NCBI GenBank assembly: GCA_963842525.1
Contig: CAWJGT010000009.1
Span: 448,001 to 512,000 of the forward strand
Length of the DNA: 64,000 bases
Direction of reading: 5' to 3'
DNA from: an uncultured Holophagales bacterium
GTDB taxonomy: Bacteria; Acidobacteriota; Thermoanaerobaculia; Multivoradales; UBA5704
Positions within the stretch are counted from its first letter, which is position 1; each line of letters starts with the position of its first letter. The position numbers were made by a program, and so were the translations under genes. The notes beneath the pieces are model-generated. The model searched no databases. It was given only the letters and a program-made list of their open reading frames with translations, and was not told where the DNA came from. Shown one piece after another: positions 29,606 through 38,216 of this stretch.

Positions 29606-29654
29606 GGCGCCGCCTTGGAGATCGGGCCTTCACCGCAGCGGAGCCTGCCCGCCC

Positions 29655-30434
29655 TCATCCGAACCCCGTCCCGCTCCCCGAGGACGGGAACGGGATGACC
29701 GAGCCAAAGCCGCCGGCGCTGTTGCGGCGCAGGCCGAGGAGGGCCATGGCGCGATAGGAGAGGTCGCGGAAGCCGGAGGGTTTCTGCACCCGCAGGGTCT
29801 CCGGCGCGTGGCCGGCGGCCGGATCGGTCCACAGCAGCTCCAGGCCCGCCTCCTGCCAGCGCAGGAGGACGTGGGCGAGGTCGGACGCAGGCTCCGGGGG
29901 TCTCTGGAGCACGAGGACCCGGAGGATCTGGCGCGACTTCAGGAAGGTGGCCGAGGGGAAGTCCTGCGGGAAGACCATCCAGCGGTTGTCGTACTTGCCC
30001 GGTCCGGACGGCTGGGACGGGCTCAGGCGGTTGGCGTCGAGGAGGAAGGCCGGCGGGGCGTCCGGCGAGAAGCCGATCGACGAGAGCTCGCCGGCTCCTT
30101 CGTGGAGACGGCGCAGGATCTCACCCACCGGGACCAGCGCGGCGGGATGGACGCCGCAGTTGAACAGCGGCACGGGCAGGAAGCCCTCGCGCGCCAGGGC
30201 CAGGCCGATGCGGAGCGAGTCGGCGCCGGGGAGGTCCGCCACCACGGCCGTGTGCCGGTCGAGGGGCACGCCGAGCGTTGCCGGCTCCGGTGCGGGCTCA
30301 GGAACGGGCGCGGCGGCGGGATCGCCGGGCGAGGGCAGGAACGGGCCTGCTTCGGCGAAGAGCACCGGTTTGGCCCAGCGGGACCAGGCCGAGCCCGCGG
30401 GAGCCCAGACCTCAAAAAGCTCCGATCCTTTCAT
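29655..30434 (-). CDS. Hypothetical protein with Gly/Ser-rich GGFG C-terminal tail
   Basis: Coupled to the GSP-synthase-like gene; ends RRNSAGGFGSVIPFPSSGSGTGFG. Confidence 0.75.
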   Translation of the reverse strand: MKGSELFEVWAPAGSAWSRWAKPVLFAEAGPFLPSPGDPAAAPVPEPAPEPATLGVPLDRHTAVVADLPGADSLRIGLALAREGFLPVPLFNCGVHPAALVPVGEILRRLHEGAGELSSIGFSPDAPPAFLLDANRLSPSQPSGPGKYDNRWMVFPQDFPSATFLKSRQILRVLVLQRPPEPASDLAHVLLRWQEAGLELLWTDPAAGHAPETLRVQKPSGFRDLSYRAMALLGLRRNSAGGFGSVIPFPSSGSGTGFG

Positions 30435-31669
30435 CACATCCCTCCGATTCGATCAGAACAGCCATGTCCTGCGCCAGGTGATCGATCCGCGGCCGGCGCG
30501 CCGCGCGTCCATAGGCGCCGGCGGCGTGGCCGTCGATGGTATAGACCCCCACGCAGGGATAGAGCAACCCCTCGGGCGTCTGGAGGGGCACCGCCGCGAA
30601 ACGCCGCTGCGCCACCCACAGCCGCGGGGACCGGCGCACGTCCTGGCGGATCACCTTCCATTCCCTCTCCTCCGTGGCGCCGGCGAGGCCGATCAGGTCG
30701 CCGACCCGGCCCAGCGCCGGCTTGAGCACCCACGAGTCGTCCAGGCGCCAGTCGGCCTGCCGCGGATCGCACGTCTCGGGCAGGAGCCTGCGCCAGGTCG
30801 GGGAGCTCCGTCACCAGCCGGTCCCAGACAAGCGGGAAGCGCTTGCTCTGGGTGAGCAGCGCGTAGCCCGGATTGCTGGCCGGCGTCTCCGACCTGTAGA
30901 AGAAGTGCTTCCAGCCGCAGGTTCGGGGCAGGTTGGGCAGCCATTCGCCGGGAAAGAAGCGGACGAGGAAGTCGAGCGGCCCGGCGAAGGCGTCGCTGGC
31001 GAGGCTGGCCCGGCTGTCCTGCCAGCGCAGGTGATCGGGCCCGGTCAGGATCGCCCGGAGCCCTCGCGCCTCGATCTCCCGGGCGAGGAAGACCATGACC
31101 TGGCGGTCGTCCGTATAGGCCGTGGCATGGACCAGCCCGACGGTCGATCCCGGGGCGACGGCCGCGGCAATCGCCTCGGCGAGCCGCCCGGCCGGGTCTC
31201 CCGCCGGCTCGGCGCCGGGGACATGGGGCGCCATGAGGCGCGTGAAGCCGGAGGCCTCGTTGAACCCGCCGGGGGCGTCCGAGTTGACCTCCGAGATCCG
31301 CCATCCGTCGGGCGTGGCGTGGAAGTCGAAGCGCATGACCCGGGCCGCGCCGCGGGACTTGCCCCGGCTCGCGGCCCGGCGCAACGCCCGGCGGATCGGC
31401 CGGGGGAGCCCCAGCTCCTTGTGGAGCTCGAGCCGGCACCCCAGCTCGGTCTCGGCGGCCAGGGTCTCGGCAGCCAGAGCCTCGGCCAGGGCGGCCAGCT
31501 CGCGCCAGGCGGCGCGCCGGAGCACCAGGGGGAAGGGGGCGAGGGTGGCGACGTCCTCGACCTGAGGGTCCCACTTGCAGCACTCGAAGATGGCCTGCCT
31601 GCGGATTGTCGCGAAGAGGGCCGGCTCGATGGCCGCCGGGGCCTCGCGCCAGGGCGCGGTCACATCCAT
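30412..31669 (-). CDS. Glutathionylspermidine-synthase-like ATP-grasp ligase, frameshift near 30795
   Basis: RFDFH...ISEVNSDAPGG and LLTQSKRFPL in one frame; LKPALGRVG...VAQRRF...CVGVYTIDG...YGR in the next. Confidence 0.75.
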
Positions 31670-32466
31670 GAACCTGCCATCTTGACCGCCGCGGCGCCGA
31701 GGCTCAGGTAGACGAGCGACGGGACGACGCCGTGCGTCAGGACCGGCTGGTCCGGAGATTCGGGGGACGGCCGGAGGCGCCTCTCCAGCAGCACTGCCGC
31801 GGTGAGGAGCACGGCCACCGGCCAGCCGTAGCGCACGAAGTCGAGCATCGTCGGTGCGGCGCCTTCCCAGTCTCCCGCCACCGCCCGTCCGAGGATCATC
31901 CCCGCCGCGACGAAGAAGCCGGCGGCCCGCAGGCCCGCGGCCATGTCGCGGTCGATGGTCACCGCGTCGGCCACATGGGTGAGGCGGTCCAGGAAGGCCC
32001 AGGCGATGAGGAGGGTCCCGGTCGACAGGACGCCGCAGAAGACCACCACCCACCAGCCCGGGCCGTCGCCGATGTTGCCGCCGGCGAAGGAGAGCGTGAT
32101 GCCGAGGAGAGCGCCGGCGATCGCCGGCGCCGCGGCCCGGTTGCCCCGCTCGATCACGTCATCCCGGGCGCCGAGCCCGAAGAACTGGAGGATGCGTGCC
32201 CACACGCCGACCCAGGCGGCGCCCATGGCCATGTAGAAGGACAGATAAAACCCACTGTCCTGCACGTCGAAGGAGGCGTACCGGCGGAGGATCCAGAAGA
32301 GCAGGGCGGCGCAGGCGAAGGGCGTCACGGCCAACAGCCAGCGCTCGCGGAGCCCCGCGCTCCGGCGAGCCACGGCCAGGACGTCGCGGAACCAGACGAT
32401 CCAGAGGCCGATGGCAAGGCCCACACACACAACCAGCGTGAATATTTCGCCTTCGGATATGATCAC
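31660..32466 (-). CDS. Membrane protein with DUF350-like repeats
   Basis: Multiple TM helices, with IERGNRAAA and IDRDMAAG repeats typical of DUF350. Confidence 0.7.
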   Translation of the reverse strand: MIISEGEIFTLVVCVGLAIGLWIVWFRDVLAVARRSAGLRERWLLAVTPFACAALLFWILRRYASFDVQDSGFYLSFYMAMGAAWVGVWARILQFFGLGARDDVIERGNRAAAPAIAGALLGITLSFAGGNIGDGPGWWVVVFCGVLSTGTLLIAWAFLDRLTHVADAVTIDRDMAAGLRAAGFFVAAGMILGRAVAGDWEGAAPTMLDFVRYGWPVAVLLTAAVLLERRLRPSPESPDQPVLTHGVVPSLVYLSLGAAAVKMAGSWM

Positions 32467-32557
32467 GATCTGCCCCCCGGCGGCGAGCGCCCTCCTGGTT
32501 TTCGAATCTGCGGAGGAGCGCAGGAAGGGTAGCCGGAGCGGGGCCGACGGGTCAAGA

Positions 32558-32761
32558 CCTCACCCCCTGTCCCCCTCTCCCATCGCCCCCCCACCGACCG
32601 GGAGAGGGGGGACGTAGCTGGAGCTTGGAGGCGAGGTCGAGGTTTTCTTGAGACCGAAAGCCTCTGAGGAGAGGCTGCCAGCTATCCCCTCAGAGCACCA
32701 ACCACGTTCCCCCTCTCCCGGGGGCAGGGGGGGCGATGGGAGAGGGGGACAGGGGGTGAGG
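32558..32761. repeat. BoxC-like palindromic repeat, intergenic inverted doublet
   Basis: CCTCACCCCCTGTCCCCCTCTCCCATCGCCCCCCC...GGGAGAGGGGG at 32558-32611, with an inverted copy at 32709-32761. Confidence 0.85.
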
Positions 32762-32762
32762 C

Positions 32763-34202
32763 CTACCCCAGCTTCGTCTCGATCTCCCCGATCGAGGCCT
32801 CGATCTCCTGGAGCCGCTGGCGCTTCGAAGCCAGCTTGGTGCCGACGTCCGAGATCTTCCCTTCCAGGCCGGTGCGGATCTCGTCCGACCGCGGCCCCGG
32901 CCGCAGGTCGGCGAGGGTGCCCTGCCAGCGCGCGATGTTCTCCTCGTCGCGGCCGATCGACTCGCGCAGGCGCTCCACCTGGCCGCGCTTGCGCTCCAGC
33001 GTCTCGCGGAGCTGCTCGCGCCACTCGCCCTGCCACTCCGCGCGCTCCTGGTTGCGCTGGTCGAACCAGGCCTTCTGCCGTTCGAAAAAGACGTCGATGG
33101 CGGCGCGGAACCGCTTCCAGATGGCGTCGGCCTTGTTCTGCGGCACCGGACCGGCGGCCTTCCATTCGGCCTGCAGGGCCTTGATCGCTTCCGAGGTCGC
33201 CTTCCACTGCGTGGACTGGCTGAGCTCTTCGGCCTGGACGCAGAGCGCTTCCTTCTGCCGCAGGTTCTCGACCTGTTCCTTGCGCTGCGTCGAGTAGTGC
33301 TCGGAGCGGCGCCCGAAGAAGTCGTCGGCCGCCTGGCGGAAGCGCTGCCAGATGGCTTCGGAGTGCTCCCGCGGCACGGGGCCGACCGCCTTCCATTCGG
33401 CCTGCAGCGTCTTGAAGGCCTCGGCCGTGGATTTCCACTGCGTGGACTGGCCGAGCTCCTCGGCCCGGACGCAGAGGGCCTCCTTCTGCCGCAGGTTCTC
33501 CTCCTGCTGCTGTCCCAGGTCCTGCTGGCGCTGCTGCCGGCGCTCGAAGAAGGTGTTGCCGGCCTTGCGGAACCGCTGCCAGAGCTCCTGCGAGCGGTCC
33601 TGGGGCACGGCGCCGATGGTCTTCCACTGGGCCTGGAGGGATTTGATCTCCTCGGCTGCGGCCTTCCACTCCTCCGACGTGCTCAGCTCCTCGGCGCGCA
33701 CGACGAGGGCCTCCTTGCTCTGCAGGTTCTCCTCGAGCTGCTGGCGGGAGAGGGCTTCGAGGGCGTCGAGGCGCGCGGCGAGGCCGTCGGACTCCTCCAG
33801 AGGCAGCCGTGCGAGCTGCTCCCGGAGGGCCTGGAGACGCCGCACGTAGCGGGTCTTGTCCTGGGCTTCCGCGATCTGGCGCTCGAGGGCCTCGATGCGC
33901 GCGGCGATCTGTCCGGCGTCGGCCGGGGCACCGGGCACCTCGGCCATCTCGTCGGTCGGCGCGGCCTCGGCGGGCTCGCCGCCGCCGGCTTCGTCGTGGA
34001 CGGGGACAGGCTCCTCGGGGCCGATCTCCTCGGCCTCCTCGGCGCCGGCCATGTGGTGGTTGTCGGGCTCGGGGAGGGTCTCACCCTCTGTGGCGCCTTC
34101 TGCGGCGCCCTCTGTGGCCTCTTCAGGAGGAGCGAAGAGCGCCATCTCGGGGGTGGATTCCTGTTCCGGGGTCGGGTCTTGGTGGTTTTCGTGGTCGGAC
34201 AT
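32763..34202 (-). CDS. DUF349-repeat protein
   Basis: Three repeats of WK.IG.VP....EELWQRFR.A...FF.RR....ENLRQKEAL. Confidence 0.88.
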   Translation of the reverse strand: MSDHENHQDPTPEQESTPEMALFAPPEEATEGAAEGATEGETLPEPDNHHMAGAEEAEEIGPEEPVPVHDEAGGGEPAEAAPTDEMAEVPGAPADAGQIAARIEALERQIAEAQDKTRYVRRLQALREQLARLPLEESDGLAARLDALEALSRQQLEENLQSKEALVVRAEELSTSEEWKAAAEEIKSLQAQWKTIGAVPQDRSQELWQRFRKAGNTFFERRQQRQQDLGQQQEENLRQKEALCVRAEELGQSTQWKSTAEAFKTLQAEWKAVGPVPREHSEAIWQRFRQAADDFFGRRSEHYSTQRKEQVENLRQKEALCVQAEELSQSTQWKATSEAIKALQAEWKAAGPVPQNKADAIWKRFRAAIDVFFERQKAWFDQRNQERAEWQGEWREQLRETLERKRGQVERLRESIGRDEENIARWQGTLADLRPGPRSDEIRTGLEGKISDVGTKLASKRQRLQEIEASIGEIETKLG

Positions 34203-34309
34203 ACGGCTCCTCGTGCTTCGGGACCCTAGAAAGATATCGCAAAGTCCCTCTGCGTGGGCTCGGAGGCTTGGTGGCGGCGTTGTGGTCGTCCTTCGGAATA
34301 TTCGGTTCG

Positions 34310-36562
34310 TCAGGCCGTGCAGCGCACGACGAGCTCGTCTCCTTCGCGGTCGACCACCACCGTGCCGCCGGATTGGAGCTTGCCGAAGAGCAGCTCGTCC
34401 GTGAGCGGCCTCTTGATGGTGTCTTCGACGACGCGGGCGAGCGGCCTGGCGCCGAAAGCGGGATCGTACCCTTTCTCGGCCAGCAGCGTGCGCGCGGCCT
34501 GCGTCAGCTCGATCCGCACTTTCTTGCCGGCGAGCTGGACGCCGAGCTGGCGGATGAATTTCTCGACGATCTGCTCCATGACCGCCGGGTTCAGGGCATG
34601 GAACTGGATGCGGGCGTCGAGCCGGTTGCGGAACTCCGGGCTGAACAGCCGCTCGATCGCCTTGTCGCCGTCAGCGAGCCGGGTCGCGCCCATCTCGTCG
34701 CCGAACCCGAGGCCGCGCTGGGCCATCTCGCGGGCGCCGACGTTCGAGGTCATCAGCAGGATCACGTGCCGGAAGTCGGCCTGCTTGCCGTTGGTGTCGG
34801 TCAGGGTGCCGTGGTCCATCACCTGGAGGAGGATGTTGAACACGTCCTCGTGCGCCTTCTCGATCTCGTCGAGCAGCAGCACGGCGTGCGGGTTCTTCGA
34901 CACCGCCTCGGTCAGCAGGCCGCCGCGGTCGTAGCCGACGTAGCCCGGCGGGGCGCCGACCAGGCGGGACACGCTGTGGCGCTCCATGTACTCGCTCATG
35001 TCGAAGCGGAGGAAGGAGATCCCCATCACCTCGGCGAGCTGCTTGGCGACCTCGGTCTTGCCGACGCCGGTGGGGCCGGTGAGCAGGAAGCAGCCGACCG
35101 GCTTCTGCGGATCGCGCAGCCCGGCGCGGGCGACCTTGATCGCCGAGGTGAGGCGGTCGATGGCGTCGTCCTGGCCGAAGACGACCTTCTTGAGCTCGGT
35201 CTCCAGCAGGCGGAGCTGCTCGCGCTCGTCGCCCTTGACCTGGCGCGCTGGGATCTGCGCCATGGTGGCGAGCACGGTCTCGACGTCGCCCAGGGTGACC
35301 CGCTTCTGGCGGCGCAGGGCCACGGCGGCACCGGCCTCGTCGAGCAGGTCGATCGCCTTGTCCGGCAGGCGCCGGTCGCGCAGGTAGCGGGAGGCCATCT
35401 CCACGGCGCCGCGGATCGCCGGCTGGGTGTAGCGCACTCCGTGGTGGGCCTCGTAGCGGTCGCGCAGCCCTTCGAAGATCTTGACCGTGTCGTCGACCGA
35501 GGTCTCGGCGATCTCGACCTTCTGGAAGCGGCGGGCGAGCGCCTGGTCGCGCTGGAAGGTCTGGCGGAACTCCTCCCAGGTGGTGGCGCCGATGCAGCGC
35601 AGCCGCCCATCCTGGAGGGCGGGCTTGAGCAGGTTCGAAGCGTCCATGGTGCCGTGGCCGGCGCTGCCCGCGCCGACGACGGTGTGGATCTCGTCGATGA
35701 AGAGGATCGGGCTCTCCACCTCGTCGAGGGCGGCGAGCACGGCCTTCAGCCGGTTCTCGAAGTCGCCGCGGTAGCGGGTGCCCGCGAGCAGCGACCCGAG
35801 GTCGAGGCGGAAGACCCGCGACTTCAGGAAGGGCTCCGGCACGTCGCCGCCGGCGATCTTGAGCGCCAGCCCCTCGACCAGGGCGGTCTTGCCGACGCCG
35901 GGATCGCCGACGTAGATCGGGTTGTTCTTGCGCCGCCGCTGCAGGATGTGGAGGGTGCGCAGGAGCTCCTTCTCGCGGCCGATCAGCGGGTCGATGGCCC
36001 CCTTGCGCGCCAGCTCGGTCAGGTCCTGGGCGAAGGCGGCGAGGGCGTCGTCGCCGGTTGCCTGCCGGTCCCGCTCCTCGTCCTCGTCCTCGTAGCCCGT
36101 GGGGATCGGCGTGCCGTGGACCGGCTGGAGCTTGGAGACGCCGTGGGCCAGGTAGCTGACGATGTCGAGGCGGTTCACCCCCTCGGCCTCCAGCATGTCC
36201 ACCGCATAGCACTCGGGCTCGTCGTAGAGGGCGACGAGGACGTCCGAGCTGCGCACCTCGTCGCGACCGGCGTGCTCGGCGCGCAGGGCGGCCCGGGCAA
36301 GGGCCCGCTGGGCGCCGAGGGAAAGGCGCGGCCGGACGTCCTCGTCGAGCTCGACGCTCTCGAGGACCTCGTCGAAGTACTCGGTGAGGTGCTCCTGGAT
36401 GATCTGGAGGTCGGCGCCGGCGTTGCGCAGCACCCGGGAGGCCTCCTCGTCGAAGGTCAGGGCGTAGAGGATGTGCTCCAGCCCGGCGTATTCATGGCCG
36501 AGGCGGCCGGCCTCGGTCATGGCCACCTCGAGAGAGATCTGCAGATCCCGCGAAAGCTTCAT
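34310..36562 (-). CDS. clpA: ATP-dependent Clp protease ATP-binding subunit ClpA
   Basis: Two AAA modules (GDPGVGKT, GPTGVGKT), RFDMSEYMERHSVSRLVGAPPGYVG; downstream of clpS. Confidence 0.96.
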   Translation of the reverse strand: MKLSRDLQISLEVAMTEAGRLGHEYAGLEHILYALTFDEEASRVLRNAGADLQIIQEHLTEYFDEVLESVELDEDVRPRLSLGAQRALARAALRAEHAGRDEVRSSDVLVALYDEPECYAVDMLEAEGVNRLDIVSYLAHGVSKLQPVHGTPIPTGYEDEDEERDRQATGDDALAAFAQDLTELARKGAIDPLIGREKELLRTLHILQRRRKNNPIYVGDPGVGKTALVEGLALKIAGGDVPEPFLKSRVFRLDLGSLLAGTRYRGDFENRLKAVLAALDEVESPILFIDEIHTVVGAGSAGHGTMDASNLLKPALQDGRLRCIGATTWEEFRQTFQRDQALARRFQKVEIAETSVDDTVKIFEGLRDRYEAHHGVRYTQPAIRGAVEMASRYLRDRRLPDKAIDLLDEAGAAVALRRQKRVTLGDVETVLATMAQIPARQVKGDEREQLRLLETELKKVVFGQDDAIDRLTSAIKVARAGLRDPQKPVGCFLLTGPTGVGKTEVAKQLAEVMGISFLRFDMSEYMERHSVSRLVGAPPGYVGYDRGGLLTEAVSKNPHAVLLLDEIEKAHEDVFNILLQVMDHGTLTDTNGKQADFRHVILLMTSNVGAREMAQRGLGFGDEMGATRLADGDKAIERLFSPEFRNRLDARIQFHALNPAVMEQIVEKFIRQLGVQLAGKKVRIELTQAARTLLAEKGYDPAFGARPLARVVEDTIKRPLTDELLFGKLQSGGTVVVDREGDELVVRCTA

Positions 36563-36894
36563 TCGTCAGTGTCCTCGGCGGGCCGGGCCTCCAGGCGAAG
36601 GGGCATCCCGTTCTCCCGCGCGTCGGCGGTGACCTCGGCGACCTTGGTCTCCGCCACGTCCCGTGGATAGATCCCCGCGACGCCGACCCCGTGATGATGC
36701 ACCTGGAGCATGACGTGGGTGGCTTCGGCGGGTGCCTTCCTGAAGTACTTCATCAGGACGTACACGACGAAGTCCATCGTCGTGTACTCGTCATTGTAGA
36801 TCAAGACCTTCCATCGCCGCGGGCGCTTTGTCTTCTTGCGCTCCTCGACGGCCAGGCCGGTGTCTCGTTCGGTCTCGAAGCGGGGTCGGGCCAT
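36559..36894 (-). CDS. clpS: Clp protease adaptor ClpS
   Basis: WKVLIYNDEYTTMDFVV...MLQVHHHG...VAETKV; coupled to clpA. Confidence 0.96.
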   Translation of the reverse strand: MARPRFETERDTGLAVEERKKTKRPRRWKVLIYNDEYTTMDFVVYVLMKYFRKAPAEATHVMLQVHHHGVGVAGIYPRDVAETKVAEVTADARENGMPLRLEARPAEDTDE

Positions 36895-37003
36895 AGATCC
36901 TTCAAATAATACTGGGGGTCTTCCCCTCGGCTCCCTTTGGTGCGATACTGAAGGCCTGATCCGAGTCACTGGACGCCACGACCTTGTGGTCACGAGACCG
37001 GCC

Positions 37004-37621
37004 ATGACACCGAACCCGACCTCTCCTAACCGTTCCGGGCCGACGGCCATTTCCGCGCGGTCCTACGTCATCCAGGGGGCATTCCCGGGCGGCGCTCCGC
37101 GCGTCGCCGTGGCGAACCAGCGGGGCCCGATCCAGCGCTCGCCGAACGGGACCAGCTTCCAGCTCCCTCCCAGCGTCTCCCTGGGGCGGGCGAGCGGCCA
37201 GCGGATGCCCGAGCCGGTGCAGCAGAAGATGGAGTCCTTCTTCGGCGCCGACTTCTCGGACGTGCGCATCCACGTCGGCGGGGAGGCCTCCTCGATCGGA
37301 GCGCTCGCCTTCACCCACGGCTCGAACATCTACTTTGCCCCGGGCCTCTACAACCCGGGCACGCCGCAGGGCATGCAGCTCCTCGGCCACGAGCTGACGC
37401 ACGTCGTGCAGCAGCGGGCCGGCCGGGTGCGCAACCCCTTCGGCTCGGGCGTCGCGGTCGTCCAGGACCCGCTGATGGAGGCCGAGGCCGAACGCATGGG
37501 CCTGCGCGCCGCCATGACCCCGAACCTGCCGGCCCAGGCCAAGATGGCCAACGGCTCCCGCCCGAGCCCGGTCGCCTCCGGCGGCAAGGCCGCCCACGTC
37601 CAGGCCGCGCTGGCGCGGTAA
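37004..37621 (+). CDS. DUF4157 (eCIS core) domain protein
   Basis: MESFFGADFSDVRIH...ALAFTHGSNIYF...LLGHELTHVVQQ...EAEAE. Confidence 0.88.
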   Translation: MTPNPTSPNRSGPTAISARSYVIQGAFPGGAPRVAVANQRGPIQRSPNGTSFQLPPSVSLGRASGQRMPEPVQQKMESFFGADFSDVRIHVGGEASSIGALAFTHGSNIYFAPGLYNPGTPQGMQLLGHELTHVVQQRAGRVRNPFGSGVAVVQDPLMEAEAERMGLRAAMTPNLPAQAKMANGSRPSPVASGGKAAHVQAALAR

Positions 37622-37661
37622 GCCCCTCCCCCGACCCCTCCCCCGCGCGTCCACCGCCCCC

Positions 37662-37770
37662 GTAGGGGCAACCCTTGTGGTTGCCCGCGGTCTTGCCACG
37701 TGGGCGGCCGATGTGCATTTTCCCACCGCAGGGGCAGGCGGTGCAGGGCAACCACAAGGGTTGCCCCTAC
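37662..37770. repeat. GTAG-class REP doublet (REPIN)
   Basis: GTAGGGGCAACCCTTGTGGTTGCCC at 37662-37686 and its exact reverse complement at 37746-37770. Confidence 0.92.
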
Positions 37771-37802
37771 GGGAGGGGATGGGACGCATCCCACCCCCTG
37801 CC

Positions 37803-38171
37803 TCAGGTTGGCTTGTAGAGGGCCAGATAGGCGGCGAGGGCGCCGAGGACGGGGAGGACCCACCAAAGCAGGCCGGTGAGGTTGGGGGCCCGGCGGATGA
37901 GGACGATCACGGCTCCCAACGCGAGCCAGATCACCAGCTTGAGCCAGAGCCAGAGCGGCCAGATGGCCGGGTTCGAGAGCGCGAGCCTCGCGAGCATCCC
38001 GAAGCCGCTCACCAGCAGGACCACCAGCCCGAGCCCGTGGGTCATCCCGGCGAGCTTGCGCCCGGCCGGCGTCCCGTCCCGGTCGCGCGCCGCGAGCAGC
38101 ATCGCGCCCAGCGCGGTGAAGAGGAACAGGGTTCCCAGCACGTGCAGCACCTTGTATGCGGCAAGACTCAT
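37803..38171 (-). CDS. Small four-TM membrane protein (SirB2-like)
   Basis: YKVLH...HGLGLVVLLVSG...WLWLKL...YKP. Confidence 0.7.
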   Translation of the reverse strand: MSLAAYKVLHVLGTLFLFTALGAMLLAARDRDGTPAGRKLAGMTHGLGLVVLLVSGFGMLARLALSNPAIWPLWLWLKLVIWLALGAVIVLIRRAPNLTGLLWWVLPVLGALAAYLALYKPT

Positions 38172-38216
38172 CTTCGCGTCCTCCTCCCAAAGGTCAGCCG
38201 ATCGTGAGCGTCCATT

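Noticed and set aside
33809-36670. 953-aa + strand ORF and similar long shadow ORFs (e.g. 24564-26441, 38250-40118, 56725-58950)
   Set aside because: Antisense to well-supported genes; expected in high-GC DNA and lacking motifs.
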